Shown here: in pieces, positions 61,891 to 64,000 of the stretch
Numbering within the stretch: position 1 is the stretch's first letter
How the letters are laid out: each line of letters begins with the position of its first letter
Assembly (NCBI GenBank): GCA_044892505.1
Contig: CM097884.1
Location: 128,650,001 to 128,714,000, forward strand
Source of the DNA: Schmidtea nova
Lineage: Eukaryota
Length of the DNA: 64,000 nt
Direction of reading: 5' to 3'
Notes under the pieces: generated by a model
The model's input: only the letters and a program-made list of their open reading frames with translations
What the model was told of the DNA's origin: nothing
The model's database searches: none
Translations under genes and position numbers: made by a program

Positions 61891-63423
61891 TTGTAGAATG
61901 TATCATTTTTTTATAATTTTTTTTATTTAAATAAGGAACGCCTAGAAGCATATGTTGGTTTAAACAAAATTAGAATTCTTATTAATCAAAATATCAAACT
62001 GTCAATTTAATTTCAATGAAAAATTAAACAGGCAATAATTTCCAACGCAAACAGTTCATAATTGCCATGATTTTCTTTCGACAGATATTCGGTGGCATTT
62101 ACAACGTCAACAAATAATATATTTGCAAGTCCTTTTTCGCGTCAAATTATGGAGTAATTCAGCATATATTAGTAAAACAAAATTTATACTAATATAATTT
62201 TCAACAAATCTTGCCGATGTAATTTAATAAATAATATCAAAAACAAAAATCAGGAAAATTAAATTTAAATTATCCGATAAACCAATGCCATTTGCAAACA
62301 CAGAAAAAAAACATATTGTTTTGCCTGGAACATTTGACATTTTGTAATCTATGTTGCGCTTAATTGCCCCTTGCTGGTTCAGTAGAACAACATGAGGAAT
62401 TTCAATTGTCATTTTACGGCCGACAGACCGACCGGTGCGCCTTGCAAACCAACGGCTTTATCAGTAGTTGAATAATTAAATATAACTGATAAGAAAATAC
62501 AGATAAAAATCCGAAACGATTTACAGAATTTTGTTGACAGATAATTCTAAAAATTTTCCCCTTAAACCTGAAGAAGAAAGTCTGTGATCAAAGTTTCTGC
62601 ACTCCATAATTGAACAAATATCCCCAGCCTGTTGCTACCGGATTTCTATTGAATGTTATTGGAGAAAAAAATTTTTTTTCACTATGAATTTTTTTTAATT
62701 AATTTTCAAAAATCAAGCGTAAATTATTTGCATAATCGTTTCATCCATCTATAGAACGAAATGATTTATTTATTATTCATATTTTACATTTGAAATCTCT
62801 CATTTTCTTCTGTTTAAATTCATAATCCCAGAATTTACGGGGAAAATATTCATCAATCTATTTTAATGAATTTCATTATAATTTTTTGTTTGAAAATCAA
62901 ATAAAAAATATCTAATTTAAATAATATTTTCATAATTCATCAATTTGAGGTCAAAATAATAATAATAGAATTAAATTAGTTTTTCTTTTAAATATAAATA
63001 AAAAAAATTAGTTATTATTTCAAATAAATTAAAAATTAATTTTGAAATATTAAAAATGATCCATTGAATGAAAATAAAGTACAGGAATACCTCGAACAGT
63101 ACGGTTAATCGGTTCTGGAATTTAGCCGTACTATTTGAAACCTGACTATTCGACTCATAGTAGGGGATAGTGAAGACACAGAGCCAAGCCATTTATCCCT
63201 AAACTGTATATATTACGTAATAATTATACAGTTTACCCCACCCACCCACCACCACCCACCCCCCTAAAAAAATTAATTTTGTTTAAATGAAGTGAATTTT
63301 TTATTTTTAATTTTGTTTAAATGAAGTCATTTTATTTATTTTTATTTTTATTTATTAATTTTATTTTATTTATTAATTTTAATTTATTTTAATTAAATTT
63401 ATTTTTAATTAATTTTAATTTAA

Positions 63424-64000
63424 TTGATTTTTTGTACAGGATTTTTGATCTGGTTATTTTGTATAGGATTTTTACTCTGGTTATTTTGTATAGGATTTTC
63501 TATTCTGAGATTTTCTAGGGCAAAAAGGGACTCCGGGTTTTTTGTACAGGAATTTTTGAATAGGATTTTTGATTTGGTTATTTTGAATAGAAATTTCTAC
63601 TCCGAGATTTTTCTCGGGCAAAAAGGGACTCTGGGTTTTTTGTACACGAATTTTTATACATTGATTTTTGGTCTCGTATTTTGTATAGAATTTTTAGTCT
63701 CGTATTTTTGTATAGGATTTTTTGGTCTAGTTATTTTGAATAGGATTTTTGGTCTGATATTTTTGTACAGGTATTTTCTATTCCGAGATTTTTTTTGAAT
63801 TCGATTTTTGATTTTTGAATTTTTGAATTTTTGAATTTTTGATTTTGAATTTCGATTTTTGATCTCGTATTTTTGTATAAGATTTTTGATCTAGTATTTT
63901 TGTATAGGATTTTTGAATTTTTGAATTTTTGAATTTTTGAATTTTTGATTTTGAATTTCGATTTTTGATCTAGTATTTTTGTATAGGATTTTTAGTCTGG
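63424..64000. repeat. Complex T-rich minisatellite running off the window edge
   Basis: Mixed units TTTTGTATAGGATTTTT, GATCTAGTATTTTT, TTCCGAGATTTT and (TTTTGAAT)n. Confidence 0.9.

Noticed and set aside
62050-63192. Possible host exons (VLPGTFD cytidylyltransferase-like; RDKWLGSV)
   Set aside because: An in-frame stop follows where HxGH is needed, and no consistent splice chain could be built.
63424-63798. 124-aa hydrophobic ORF as a membrane protein
   Set aside because: It is the translation of the T-rich minisatellite.

Overview
Very AT-rich eukaryotic scaffold window, probably from an invertebrate (40-50 nt introns, animal-type HERC4 and eIF3e fragments); the species cannot be named from sequence alone. 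It has nine N-gaps and is dominated by transposable elements. One young, compact Ty3/Gypsy LTR retrotransposon (12971-17523) is nearly intact. Its 132-bp LTRs have AGT...ACT ends, its gag start codon lies inside the LTR, and it has a slippery-site/pseudoknot -1 frameshift signal. The single difference between its two LTRs turns gag codon 2 into a stop. At least three Penelope-like (PLE) families are present, two with minimal hammerhead-ribozyme-like motifs (one a U3-A8 core variant) and head-to-head inverted arrangements. Other elements: three mariners, several hAT/Buster, pogo/Tigger, Merlin, MULE, piggyBac and Helentron-type relics or MITEs, and an internally deleted CsRn1/Kabuki-type LTR element. 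Host-derived content is limited to candidate small minus-strand exons, an intronless HERC4-like HECT fragment between inverted MULE-type terminal arrays, and a decayed intronless eIF3e copy. No rRNA, intact tRNA or CRISPR array was seen. All family assignments rest on motifs read by eye; no database search was run.
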